DNA from: Lytechinus pictus | Taxonomy: Eukaryota | Reading direction: 5' to 3' | DNA length: 60,000 nucleotides | Assembly: GCF_037042905.1 (NCBI RefSeq) | Contig: NC_087251.1 | Coordinates: 23,624,001-23,684,000, forward strand | Shown: positions 12,880 to 26,270 of the stretch, piece by piece | How positions within the stretch are numbered: position 1 is the first letter of the stretch | Layout of the letters: every line of letters starts with the position of its first letter | Notes under the pieces: generated by a model | The model's database searches: none | Told to the model about the DNA's origin: nothing | Seen by the model: the letters and a program-made list of their open reading frames with translations, nothing else | Made by a program: the position numbers and the translations under genes

Positions 12880-14911
12880 TAATGTTGTAACCCGCACCCG
12901 TTGCGGTACGGGTTAACCTGCCGGTATGCCCCCGATCGCGGGTTGCGGGCCGGGCCGAGTTCATTCTCAAACCCGCAGACCGTCATGCGGAAAAAAAGGG
13001 AGAAGTAACGACGCATAATAAAAACATTAACAATGAAAATTGAGTTAGGATCATGTGCTTCTTACGTGGCGGATTCTTTTAGAGACGTAGATATTTCCTT
13101 TTAAAAAAATGCTGGCGTATTTTTGTCTTGTGAACAGTGAACAGGACTGAGACAGTTCGACATAAATACATCAGTTGCTCTTTCGAAGAAGGAGCGCCGC
13201 TGCGCAGCACATGTAGTAGTCGATCTAGTCAAAAGCAATCGCATAGGCCAATGAAACTCGATGTCGAGTTTCCCGTCCCATTTTTTCCAGCTCATAATGA
13301 GGATTTCATTATTCATTATTTTCCAGAAGATGAAAGTTTGACCTTTTGTAACCTTTGAACGCACGTTCATTATGTGGAACTGTCTTGAAGCCAGGGAGCA
13401 AATCAATCATTTTTTTTCGGGGGTTCCATTTTCATTTTTTATAATATTTCAGGGTCTCCATTTCTACCGTTTTGGAGGCTACTTTTTTCATTTCGGGGGC
13501 TCTTTTCAAATGCTACGTTTTTGTATTTTGAGGAATCCCTGTTCACTTATTAAATTAATTATTACTTATTGTTTAATATTGCATGATTTTAAAGTTATTT
13601 TTTTCATGCTTAGAATCTTGGATGTGGGTGTGTTTGTGTGGGTGTGACTATGAGTTGAACTTGGATATAAATGAATTCAATATCTAATTTCTACTCCATC
13701 TAATTCCAGTACTTGGCCATGTAATAAAGGCCCACATACCCTAACTTTTCCTGATGTTCTTTGAAAACGCAGATCTCCACGAAAATTGCATTTCTCTATG
13801 GGGGAGTCTAAATTTGGTGAGAATGAACTCATTAATAACTTAAATATACATGACAATGAAGAAATCATCTAACTTTATTGGCAGTTTTGAATAATATTCC
13901 CGAAATATAAACTCTGTCTGAAACATAAAATCACCATCATTGAGGCCTTTACAGAGCGAATTGTCCCCCAGAGCTCTGGTAGAGAGACAGAGCTCAGACT
14001 GGCTAGCTAGTACAAGTGCCAATGCGTACGTGCGTGAGCCTCCCGTCGGCCTTGTAAAACAGATTGAGTTTTGTTTGATGATTTTTTTGTCTGATATGCC
14101 GTATGACAACTCACCAATGCGAGGTTACTAGACTATGGGATTTATTGAGGTAGCTCGACCAAACCTCGAGCGATGTTCGTGCAGGCTCCACTCCACTTCA
14201 CTACCGCTACATCGGGTAGGTAGAGCGTAGTGTAGCAGAAGTGAAGTTGAGTGGAGCCTGCACGAACATCGCTCGAGGTGTGGTTGAGCATGCAGTGTCA
14301 TTCCATTCAAAAGAAAAAAACAAGAAAAGAATTACAGGTATTTACATGATATACAAGTAATTGTGACTGAAAAGCTTATATTAATGTTTTATATCAGTTC
14401 TGAATCTAGATCTATGTCAAAATAGTAAAATAATGAATTATTTTCAGAATTTGATTTTTAAACGCGGTCCAAATTTCATAACGCGGGCGGGCGACGGGAA
14501 ACTGAACATCGAATTTGCTGGGCAGCCTGGGCTACATGTAGCTAGCGCGCGCTGCAGCTGCGGCTCCGATCGATCCGAGGAGTTAATTGCGCAATGCTTT
14601 CGATTACGAGATCAGAGCCGACCCATTTCGGGTACAAACTTTAGTAACCCAAAAAACATTTTCTCTCTGGAATAAAAGGCGAATTTGCAAATTGTAAGTA
14701 AATTCACTCTAGGCTAGGTTAGTACTAGTAGTTGGCATATATTTTCGTGATTTGAGCCTGTATAGTGTGGGGATTGCAGAAATAATTTTCATTTTTCAAA
14801 GATAAATTTACTTGCGGGTTAAAACCCGACGGGTCAGCGGGTCCCACTTGCAAATTATTGGATTATACGGGACGGTACGGTTCGGGTTTTCACTTGCGGG
14901 TTACAACATTA
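12880..14911. mobile_element. Non-autonomous hAT element
   Basis: Perfect 17-bp TIR TAATGTTGTAACCCGCA, 8-bp TSD ACTCTGCA (12872-12879, 14912-14919), subterminal ACCCG/CGGGT repeats. Confidence 0.88.
14153..14289. repeat. Hairpin with ~59-bp arms and a short loop
   Basis: ACCTCGAGCGATGTTCGTGCAGGCTCCACTC and its exact reverse complement. Confidence 0.9.
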
Positions 14912-15879
14912 ACTCTGCAGTCACACTTTCACATAGAGAGTGCGCATTTGCCATTGAAAACTGCATTCGCGATGAGTGGTGCGTAGCTTTAGGACCCTAC
15001 CATACTTTTTTTTTGGGGGGGGGTTCAAAATTTAGCTGTATGTTTTTTAATTACTTTGCATCAGTTTTCATACGTGAAAGCCCTCCTTACATAAGGAGGA
15101 GAACATGGGCTCCCAGTCTAAAAACTTTCCCCAAATATTTCTGAACTAAAGGGGAAAATCTGATGAAATTTGCCTGTGAGCAGCTTTCCCATATATTCTG
15201 TCGTAAAAAAAGAATCAATTAAATTTTTTTTTTTTTGTACCTTAACAGTATATCAACAGACAAATCATTTTACACCCGCTACAGAAAGAAAAAAGCATTT
15301 TCTGCTTTTTTTTTTACAATAAACTTTTTATCAGGGTGAACTTCCCCTTTAAAATGCTAGATCCTCTTTCATTATTTTTCCAGTGTTATACAAATTTCAT
15401 TAAAATTAATTTATCATTATCGAGAGAACATAGTCAATCTGATTAATAAGTCTACTTTGCACTTAAGAAAAAAATTATATGTACATGTTTCATAGATCTG
15501 CATTTTGCATCTTTTCTTTAAACTGCATTTACTTTATAAAGACCAGCTAAAAATAATGAAATATATATCTGCTTCCTTCCCACGCAACATGCATCAAATA
15601 TTTTCATAGATGTTTATGAATGCTTCCCCACCAAGGGAAAACATGGATTGAATCTTTCATACTGCCTTTTTAAAGCTGCCTCAGCAACGCTGCTCTTTGA
15701 CCCCTCCCTGTTTGGAACTAATAGAAACTCAAGGCCCCCCAGCTTACCCCCCACAGAATGCCCTCTTGCCCTCATGAGTATGCAGTGACTCGCCCTTTGC
15801 TTGCCGGGGGATTGGGCTCTGGCAACAAAAAGACCCCTACCAGGATTTTATATGCAGCAGATTGAGTAGACAGCTCTTT

Positions 15880-16026
15880 ATTCAAAGTCTGTAGTCAGCC
15901 AAGAACAAGCAGCAAGCAAGTCTGCATTGTTTGTAGCTTACAGTTTGGACGCTGTGGGAAAAAAGGAAGATAAATTCAGTTTGGAACATAACTTTGCTTT
16001 GTGGATGATGCAGTATTAAGCTTTTT
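15880..16026 (+). other. Candidate non-coding 5' exon of GCF1 (5' boundary uncertain)
   Basis: Non-repetitive sequence ending in the donor TTTTT|gtgagt at 16026/16027, preceded by a C-rich promoter-like block. The coding exon has an acceptor before its ATG, so at least one upstream exon is expected. Confidence 0.45.
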
Positions 16027-18254
16027 GTGAGTATTTTTGTATATGGTTTTTCCTAAGGACTTTTGCCATTGGTGGTACATTAGACATTGCTGTGATAGCT
16101 ACATATGATTAAATGACTTGTGTAATTTATTGTCAACCAACTTTCAACTCCAAATCCACACTTCGTCCTACATGTATCTAGTGGATTCTACCCCAGGCTA
16201 TTTTAGGGTAAATGTATGAATGATTGTTAGCATCATGTTGGTATGGTTGGCAGTCCATGAATACATGTACTCTGTGTTTCATAACACCATGGTCATAGAA
16301 ATACAGATCAGTAATTTCAGGTTAAAAATACTTTATTTTGGGGGGGCTACTTTTCGCAACCTACTGCCTATTAATAACATTGGATGAGCTTTAACATTGC
16401 AGACTTGCAGTGAATGGGATTTTCCTTCTTTTTTTTATTTTCCAAGGCTCTTTTGAGCATATCTGGGGCAAAAACCCCTTTAGCCCCATGTAATTTTCCC
16501 CTGATATAATTGTTATTCATTTCCTTGGATATAATGGAATTGGGCAAAAAATTATTTACGATTAGATGTTCATTCAGATACTACAGGCCTCATTACTTTT
16601 TGATAACCTTTAAATTATCTTAACTCACATACAAGTACATGTACATGCACAAGGCCTATAAATTGGATGTAATGAAAGAGAAAGACATAAACTTACACAT
16701 GTAATAGGAATTTATCAATTATTGCTGTGATTGTGTTCCATTAAAATTTAAAGTTTGCTTTATTTTGTTTTCTGGGATGCACCACTATGCTTGAGATTTT
16801 GATTATATTATTTTTCCCCTTTTTTTATATTGTAAAATATGATTGTACTTCTAATAGAAAATTTGAATTTAAGTTTGTTTTTATAATGAATAGGCCTACA
16901 TGTAGGCCTATGTGATGTGAACTTGAAAGTGATATTAGGTAGTAAATTCCAATCATTTCAATTTTCCTAATGTGATTATGAACAAAGGTAGGTTTTACAG
17001 GGACACCCCAATCTGAAATATGCATGTAAAAATCTACCTACAGGTATTAAAATTTTTAGTTTGATGTTTAAAACTTATTGCCAGTACTTGCTGCTATTTA
17101 GGTATCAATGTACAGTTTGACATTCATGTCTATGTTCCTAGTTTTGAATCGTTACATGAACCGAGTTGCACTATTTATAGATCCATCCCTTGTTAAATCG
17201 TGCACCTCACTCAGGAAATAGCATGTGTGCAAAGTGCTGCAACATTTTCCCCAAATGCAATTCATTAAAACCGATATGTTCCTACTCAAACAGCAGTATG
17301 CTTGAATTCATTTGAAATTTAATCCTCACACATAGCACCCCTGCCATTTTTGCCAGAGTCTGGGAGCAGAATTTGACCCTACCCCCTATCAAGCCCCCCA
17401 CGCAATGCTGAAAATAGAAGCCTCTGTATATCCTCTGGACAAAATCACCGCTGTGATTTCATTTTAGTCTTGTAGTACAAGTAAGTCTGTTCACAGCTAC
17501 CGGTATCCATAATTAATGTAGGTGCTGCATGCATTATGTCTGGGATAATGTAGAATTCCAAAGGTTTTTTTTTTTTATTCAATATTTTACGTAGAAAAGT
17601 CAGAGACTTCTCATTTTGACAAGATTGAATAGAATGTTGGAAAGAGGGTTATTGAAAAGATTTACAAGCACAATAGTTCTCCTTTATCAGTGAAAATTGT
17701 TCAGATCTGTATTGTACATGTAGTACTACTGTACAATTCACATCATATTTTGGAGTATTTTATGAAAATTACAGCATATTGAAAGTTATAAAAACAAAAT
17801 CAATCAAAATACTTGTAATAATTTCTAAATTTGCAAGTCAATAAGTCTGTTTGTTTGAAAAAGGAAATATAAATTCGTTTGCTGTTACCCTTTTAAATTA
17901 AAACTGATCCATGTGAAATTTACATCTGATTTGCATCCATTGCAGATACCAGTACATGTGCACCACAGTGTACATGTAGGTGCAACATCACTTCAAGAGT
18001 AGATACTAAAGAACATAAGGTATTTTGCCTCTAAAGTTGTAAAAATATTTATATAATGAAAATAGGATTAATAGGTGAAAATGACATGGTAGTTGAGGCC
18101 ACGGGGTACATGTAGGTTGCATGTACAAGTACATGTACATCTCAAATGTTAAACATTGGAACTTCTACAGATTGAATTAAGTTTTTTTTTTAAATCGCTT
18201 TTTATATTATTAAATATTATTATTATTATGTATTCAGTATACATGTCGGTAAAG

Positions 18255-18640
18255 AAGAATTTATTCGATGATGACAATCATAGTGTCAGTTTCAGTGTCC
18301 TTCATTTTACATCTCTTTGAAAATACACAAGAATACAATTAAAATGCTTAAACCGGAACAGAGAACCAGAATATATAGGATAAATAATCCTAAACAGCTA
18401 GTAAGGAACAATAATCACCGCTGTACAGCTGATGTGAGGGAAAGACAGAAAGCCATTGGTCTGACGAGGTCTATCCCCCTAATAACTGTACTACACGGAA
18501 AGAACTTACGTAAAAATAGCAAAACAAAATGTTGATGACGAGAGCAGGTCCTTAAAATTAATCCAAAGCTATTGAAGGCCTTGACAGTGGATGCTCTTTT
18601 GATTAGCCTCAACGTCCCTCTCATTGGTGGCCTCTGTTGT
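18255..18640 (-). mobile_element. Old CR1/Crack-type LINE 3' fragment
   Basis: Minus-strand IKRASTVKAF resembles the ORF2 C-terminus; it is followed by a T-rich UTR and AATAAA. Confidence 0.35.
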
Positions 18641-19125
18641 GCCCTTTTAATTTTTTTGCTGTTATTATACATATGCTTTAATGAAGAAATGTGCACTACA
18701 GAAAGTGATGTTGATGTAAAAATGTCAAAATTTAAGGCATGATTAGTGATTTATGATTAGAAGCAATATTTTACACATGTATGCAATACTCATGAAATAT
18801 GTGGTTTAAAAAAATATTTGTATTTTGCTATCCAGATTATCAAGTATTAAATTGAATTGAATATCTACATGATGATTGTCAAAAATAATAGCATTCAGAA
18901 TGTGCATGAACACATGTTTTAAGGTGGGCCATTGTATGATCAATCTGCAGAAGATCAACTGAAAATATGTTAATCCGTTTAATACTTCCTAATGTCATTG
19001 TTCCAATCATTGCCACTCACCGCATTGCCTTCCTTCTCTGTTTTGTATTGTATCCTTTTGTGGATAGTTTTAAGAGTCTTAAGGTACATGTATATTCAGA
19101 TCGCCTAGAAGCTAGAGAATACCAG

Positions 19126-19293
19126 GTGGGTGTTTTATAAAGCTGTTCGTAAGATTCAAATGACTTTCCGCATGACTGGTGATCCTTTCTTGTGTTTAGA
19201 TATCCCTATGTAATTGAGTTATGACCTAAGAACAGGTTCCAGTTGTACGTAAAATCATTCGTAACTTTACAAACAGCTTTATGAAACACCCAC
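19126..19293. mobile_element. PIF/Harbinger-like palindromic MITE
   Basis: GTGGGTGTTT(T/C)ATAAAGCTGTT TIRs, 3-bp TSD CAG. Confidence 0.75.
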
Positions 19294-20210
19294 CAGGTAC
19301 TCTCTGATCAGGGAATTCACCCTAATCTGCGTTGATCAGAAAACACCAGGTATTTTTTTGCCAATGGAAGGCAAAATATTTGTGATATTCTTGAAAGAAA
19401 ATACCTGCTACTTAGTGAGTACTTGCCAAAATTACGAGAACATTCAATTGGATTTTTCCAAGGTGTTGGGTATTTTTGCTGTGTGAAAGAAAATTACAGG
19501 AATTTTCTCAACCCAATAAACAGTCCTCGCCTGCTAATCAGACCGTTCGTAACTAAGATTTTACCCTGAAGTCTTGCCGAAAGTATCTGCTCTGGGTCAG
19601 TGTGAATTCGGAAATAATTATTTGGTATTGTACAGCCTGGACAAGTTCCTGTTCTTCCTATTTACCTGTTCTGGAACTGCTCCTATCTCACTGGGGTTCC
19701 TTGCAGTTTATTTTTAAATTCAGAAACTTGCTTCAAATTTCAGGGCTTTAAGCTCTCAATTGCAGTGTTTCTTGAAGCTTTTAGGTTATGTACAAAAAAC
19801 ATTACTTCTTGCAATTCATAAATGACTGCATTTTAACTGGTGTTTTTACACAGACTGAACTGATGCTAACCTATTAAATTTTTGACAAGAAATAAACTTT
19901 GCATTATATGTTAACATAATTTTAATCTTCAAAAATTGGATTTCAACTTTGAAAATCATTCAAAGTAATTAAGAATGAGATAGCAAGAAGAAGGGACAGC
20001 AGCTGGGTGTTACATATAATCTGATTTATGTAACACCCCGTAGTTATTTCTATTTTAAATCTCAGCCCTCAGAGAAGTTAATAGACTGTCTTAATATCAG
20101 TTTTAGTGCCTTGCATAAAAATGTGTAAAATGTCATTTGTTTGTATCTTTTAATTACTGCAGAGTAACTTGACAAGGATCCACCAGAATAAGGTGTGTGA
20201 GGAGTGAGGT

Positions 20211-20586
20211 ATGTCCACGCTGCCCCAGCCCCTCTCCCACTGCCTGCTCAACCAGGTACACCCTGCCATCAACCTGCCCCAGACAGGGCTAGTGACAGAC
20301 ATCAAGCCCATGATCACTAACAAACCTCCCACGCAGGAGGTCAAACCAAACATCATATCGACCGGCTTGCCCTACCCTCCACTTAACGTGCCTAGCCTAC
20401 CCACCATGCCCAACGTATCACTGCCCAGTGTCTCCGTGCCCAACGTCTCCATGCCCAACGTCTCCATGCCCAACGTCTCCATGCCCAATGCGTCCATGCC
20501 CAGTGTTACCATGCCTAGTGTGTCTATGCCGAGTGTGTCCATGCCGAGTGCGTCCATGCCGAGTGTTTCCCATCACAATCAGCAAG
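20211..20586 (+). CDS. GCF1: GCF1 (G-string/CCCC-binding, DNA-looping transcription factor), coding exon 1: Pro/Ser/Met-rich N-terminus
   Basis: MSTLPQPLSHCLLNQVHPAINLPQTG... followed by (M/L/V)P(N/S)VS pentapeptide repeats is recognisable as the sea urchin SpGCF1/suGF1 N-terminus. Acceptor tactgcag|A at 20162/20163 lies upstream of the ATG; donor CAAG|gtaagt follows 20586 (phase 1). Confidence 0.9.
20406..20570 (+). repeat. Coding 15-bp tandem repeat, 11 units (MPNVS/MPSVS)
   Basis: ATGCCCAACGTCTCC-type units; 9 of 11 begin with ATG. Confidence 0.95.
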
Positions 20587-21985
20587 GTAAGTTTATAGTT
20601 GAAAAAAAATGCTGATTTTTCTGGTGGTTTAAGGGTGGCATTGGAGCCCCAGGGTTTTTATTCATTCTTTAATTGTAAAAAAAAAATCAATTCTTAGTTT
20701 CTAAATTGATATACAGTCAGTGAAAGATGATTACATAGAACAACCATTGCAAAATTGTAAATAAAAATGGCAAAGGGTTTATTGATAACCAGACCTTGAA
20801 ATGGGAGACAAGTCTGATTCTGTGATGTTGGTATACCCATTAAGTGTAACATTGAAGACACATGAATGTTGCTTAGGTCAAAGGTTCAGCTGAAGATTTG
20901 ATTAAATTCAGTTAAGAACTTTGGATGAACTAGAGAGTTTAGAACATCTGGTAACATGTGTGAATTATTGGTAACCCTGGAGCAAATGTACATCTTTATT
21001 AGAGTCAATGGAAGTTGTTGAACTTCCATGTTCACTCATTCAAGGGACCAAAGTGATTCAGTACACATCAGCACGTTTAGTGCAAGGATTCCAATTTTGA
21101 ATTTATACTGAAGTATCATCAATATATTTGAAATTGAGGTGTGTTCATGTTGATTTTCATGTAAATAGCAACATGAAATCATGAATCATGTTGAATATGA
21201 AAATCGATATTGAATATACCCTTTGATTTGCTAGAAAGTTCTTTAATACAGGGGTACGGTGCATGAATTGAATACATACAGTACGGAATGTAAAATACTT
21301 TTCACAATTCTGATAAGGCCTGTTATTCTTATGATAAACATTGAAAAATAATCAGTTTTATGCAAAATGTCTTGATTATCATTTTACGTATTATGAAAAT
21401 AATTGAATTATTAACATGGAAGCTTCAATTGGTAGGTGATATTGGATGCTTGATTGTGGTAAATCGTCTCTCATGTTATTGTTTTTTTAATGGTTATTTG
21501 AATATGTTTAGGAAAATTAACTCTCAGAAATGCTAATGTCCATCAGAAAAGGGCAGCATGCAAAGGAAAGGGTCATTAATGTGTCACATTCCATTCACCA
21601 ATATGCCTGAGCTAAATAGGTTAACGTTCTTGTTTTTAATCCTAGCATTACACCTGGAGATCAAATACCCAAATAAATAATATCAAGCAGCCCTAGTAAA
21701 TAAACCTTAAAAAAAAGCTCTAAGAAAATAGTGATTATTCATATGCTGCAAGAAGTTCATTGCAGGATGTGATTTTTATTGAACAGAAGTATGACAAAAA
21801 CTCCCATTGAGAATATTCCATGCATCAAAGAATGGCTTGTTTTAAAAGGATTTTGAAATTTAAGCTTTTGTTTTATTTTGTGAGTGGTTAATACTCTGAT
21901 TTATTTTATGTTGAACAATATTGTAAACTTTTCAATTCAATATTCTTCTACTGACAACCCCTCTTTCTTTTCCTCTCTCCTGTAG

Positions 21986-23112
21986 GTAACACAACCCAAC
22001 TTAATAATACTAATTCCCAAAGAATGGCACAGATAAAGAAGTGTCCCAATGAGTTTTTACACCAGAATCCACAAAGTGAACGCCAGCTTTTTTACAACGA
22101 TGTAGCCATGCAACTTTATAACAGTGACTTCAACAAATTTTCTTCCAAGAAGGAATTTCATGGCTACCTGTTAGAGCAGCAGAAGTGGAGATGGGATACC
22201 CACAGCTACATAGGAAACCTGGAGACCAGAGTTCACAACTTGCTCATTAATCCAAATAGTGGAGTTGCGCAGAACGTTGCACGCTACCGCAGTGTCCCAA
22301 TCAAATGTAAAAGTGAAGATGTGAAGCGATGCGAGGCCACATCCAAAGAGCTTGAGAACATGGCAACCCGCATTGCCAGTGTACGGCAGCAACTGCTACA
22401 CAAAAAGGGCACCTTGCTGACATCCAGTGATAACAGCGTTGTAGTGTGGCAGAATGAGCTAGCCTACATAGAACAGCTGTTTGACAGGACTGATCAGATG
22501 TACAATGAGGTTTTATCCACCCTGGCAAGTGTCAACCAGACCTTCTCCCACCTTCAAACAAGCTTCACAACAGAGGCTGCAGAATTGGCTGATCGTAGGC
22601 GTCTATGGAGGAGGAGGAAGGAAAACAACCGCAAGAGACGGAAGCGCATGGAGAAACAACTCGAGAAAATCGAGCAGCGATCCTGTGAGCTTCTCTTTCA
22701 CATAACGTCCCGGGCAGCGTATGACCGGGTACGTTCTCACCCGGAGATGCCTCGTATTGGACCCAGCGAGGTAAACACAGACATGTTGAATGGGATAAAA
22801 TCTAAATCCGAAGTAAGGCCTCTTATGCATCTACTCAGCAAGGGTTATATGACACCTGGTGCAATGGAGATGGTCTCTCAAAAAATCCAAAAACTTGAGT
22901 GTGGCATTAAGACTGAAGCTCACCAACAGGCAACCCAGGTTGGTATCAACTCCCTGGCAATCAACAAAGTTACAGCACCTGCTTCAGAGTTAAATTCCAT
23001 ACTGCCTCCTGTCACTGGCATTGCCTCTACAGCTATGGTTTCAACAGTAAACTCGGCTGTCACACAACAATCAGTGCCCACAGTCAATCTGAACACTCAA
23101 TTAGCAAAGTAA
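21986..23112 (+). CDS. GCF1: GCF1 coding exon 2: central DNA-binding/multimerisation region with basic tract and coiled coil; spliced product 500 aa
   Basis: Pyrimidine tract + tgtag|GT at 21985/21986. The phase-1 join reads G-NTTQLNNTNSQR-MAQIKK..., in frame with the 362-aa ORF 22024..23112. Basic region ADRRRLWRRRKENNRKRRKRMEKQLEKIE. Confidence 0.9.
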
Positions 23113-26100
23113 AACACAATTTTAAAGTAACACAAGATAAACCACATTGCCAAGTGTTTTGACATAGTGTATGTTGTACTCAATTGTAACCAGCCTTGTG
23201 TAATGTATGAGCTTTATCATTACATGGCAAAATGTAAATTTATTATACAAGTATTATGCAGGAATGTTGCATCAGTGAAATCACTAGATTTTGAAATCAC
23301 TTGTTCTTATCCTAGATGTATATGTACATTTTACCTGTAAAAAAATGCATTCACTTTGATATTTTAAGAATCATAATCTTCTTTATTATTAGGATATATA
23401 CTATATGTACTATACGTAGTATGACTACACTTGGAAAGGACATAGGTACAACATTCTTCATTCTTGTAGGCTGTTATAAAATATATTGCTTTCAATAAGT
23501 GTTTGATTACTTGCCTTGCATAATCTATTACTACATTCAAATTATAAGAATTCCTCCCATTGCTTTTGTTCTCCATTGATTGTTTCTAGGACTATCCTAG
23601 TCCAGTGACTTAATGGGTGCTTCATAGGCATTTATCATGGCTCAGTTTTCTTTGATGCCATAAGTACATCTTGCAAGTGAATTATAAAAAAGGATTGAGT
23701 AGTTTGGATGGTTTTATGTTGGCGTTTCTGTCATATTCCTAGATGGACCAAAATTTAGAAATATGGTAACAACTATTGTTTACATATGTCAGTCACTGAC
23801 TGGTCATTATCTTTATATTTTAAGACAGCAAAATAAATGAAGTTCTCTTTCTCTCCTATTTTAAAAACTTGAAGAGAATAATGAGTTCTTAGTATCAGCT
23901 AAGACATTCCTGGTTCTCACATAAGTATTACTCTGATTTTCACTTAGCATAGCCTGTCCATATCAAAGAATTTTATATTGTCAGGCAGATTTACATGTTC
24001 CCATGCACCTACCCTATGCAGCAGGTCAAGAATGAATAACTTCAAAGTTCAAATGTATTGCTACAAGGCATTGGTTCCGTGGCAGGATTTGAATCCCATA
24101 CCTTTTCAGTTTGAAAGCAGAGGCTTTACCCTGACTGGAATATGACACCTTTCTTTGCAGCCAGTTCTAAATTGATCTCAGACATATTACTGATATCGCT
24201 TCTCACAGTCAGAATTTAAGAAAAGCATTTAATTGAGATATATTCAGTGAGCAAATTCATATCCTGGTTATCATGCAAACAGATTTATGAATTATGTATG
24301 GGAAATAGAAGATGAGATTTATGTACTAGGCACCTATTAAATGTACACTGGCTCATTTGCAGAATGCAAGAAGATATTACATGTTGTATTCATGTAGAAA
24401 TGTATATAAAACTGTATTATAGTAGACAAAAAAGGTATCGAGATGCTTTTAAACATTTTTTTAAATACTATTTTGTCAGTGACTTCTGGTGCTATTTATC
24501 TTTTATTGGCTTTTGAGTTTATCTTTTTTTTATTGATTAGATTGGCCTGTATTTAAATTCTTGTTTCACTTATCCTTTGTTGGCTACTACTAGACAACTC
24601 TTGTCGTAACCTACTTTGTAAGCTACATAAGACAAAAATGGCTATTAATAACACCATGCCACATTATCAATATCAAACTGACAGCATGTTACTTGTTTTC
24701 CATGTTGACCCTTTTGTCATGCCTTAATATGAAGATAAACCATTGCAGTTAGCAGCTCAAGACAGCTTTGACAGCCTGATTGCCAAATGTGCTCATATTA
24801 TGAAACATCTGCTGTTACAGATTAATGCCACTATTGCTACCCATCTTGTTAACCGCAGATTTAGACCATGGTTTGTGGTTTGAGTAAGCCGAGTACAAAA
24901 TTCAGGCCATTGGGTTAAGTGTATGCCATGTCATACAAATCTTAAATGCCTTGAAATACAAGGCTTTTTCATGACAAATGTGAAATGTGAAACCAGTACA
25001 ATTGTTATTTTTATACTCTTATTACCAGGGATTCAAATCACTGCTTTTTCTATACCATACATGTAACCTTTGCAAAGCTGTGAGTTAAACAATGATGTCA
25101 ATGACAAGCCTGTTGTGTATGTTCTGTTTTAATCATGTACACTACCAGTCACAATTCTTTTACTCACTATTACTTGTTAAAACCAGAGAATGATAGATTC
25201 AGTCCACTGAATCTATTGCTTTCTTTGTTTTATGTACAAGATAAAATGAGATGACTAGAATTATGAAATGGAGAACAGAATATTGAAGCTTACTAGGCAG
25301 TTGCCATTTAATTAAACAACAGTTAAATCTGGTATGGAATTATTTTTCAAGTCATACCGGTACTTTCATTGGATTGGGTGAAATATTGTGTTGTTAAACT
25401 ATATTTTCAATATGTCTTTTAAGAGAACAAACCTTAAGGTAATGCACAGGTGAAATATTGTTAATGCTTGTTGTGATGAAATAATCAGAGATGTTCTAAA
25501 TAATAATTTAATATACATTTTTTTAAATTACAGTGGAAGCTACCAGTTTCACTGTATTGTAGCTCACATCCATTTTTGGTGGCAGAAAATGAGCTTGACA
25601 TGAAACTGATTAAAAAAAGGTCTCATTATCTGCCTTGTTAATGAAGATAAAATAGACAGATCATCTGATACAACGAATTTCAGTGTATTTCTTAAATTGA
25701 GTGCAATTTATAATTATTACTTTTGACCTAGGCTATCCCCCCCCCCCCCATGAAAATTACTGTGATTCATACTTTCTCTTGGGTAAACAGAACACTCATC
25801 TATTTTAATGTACTCCATTGGTTATGAGAATTCCCAGAGCAAGGAATCTTCCCATGGCAAAAAGGAAAGATACTGTTGACCCTATTTCACCTCTCATTTG
25901 TTTCTTATAAATATTGATGAGGACACTGCAGGGTCTTAATTTTACTTAACTTTTGGTCTTCGACCTTGTTATTTACTAGAAAAAAAAGCAAGCTACTGTA
26001 AGAAATTACTTTTAGATATTGATTTCTAACAATATGTCATTTTTAACCGAAATATGATACAAATACAGGGACCTGAAGGTTAATGTAGGTTAAAGGTCAA

Positions 26101-26270
26101 CCAAGGTCGAATTAATCGGGTGAGATACATGATTGCTATCGCTTTGTAAGAAGACATTTCGTCAACTCTATGACATCAGGCTACAACCTTTTTTTGTGTA
26201 AATAAATACAATTGATTACAAAGTGCTGTAAATTCCTAAAACTAAAATAAACACATTTTATATGATACCT
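23113..26270 (+). other. Probable long 3' UTR of GCF1
   Basis: About 3 kb of largely repeat-free AT-rich sequence after the stop; AATAAA at 26201 and 26246, and a further one at 28507. Confidence 0.45.
24000..24140 (-). mobile_element. Old tRNA-SINE fragment in the GCF1 3' UTR
   Basis: The minus strand reads GGGATTCAAATCC (B-box-like) followed by GCCTTGTAGCAA, resembling the SINE core. Confidence 0.45.

Larger units (their letters stand above)
12482..15001. mobile_element. Older non-autonomous DNA element (Sola-like?) hosting the nested hAT
   Basis: GGGT(A)CCTAAAGCTAC(A/G)CAC occurs twice at left (~12487, ~12686) and inverted at right (~14978-14997). Confidence 0.6.

Noticed and set aside
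20372..22830. Antisense and alternate-frame ORFs over GCF1 (e.g. METLG repeats)
   Set aside because: Shadows of the real coding exons and of the 15-bp repeat
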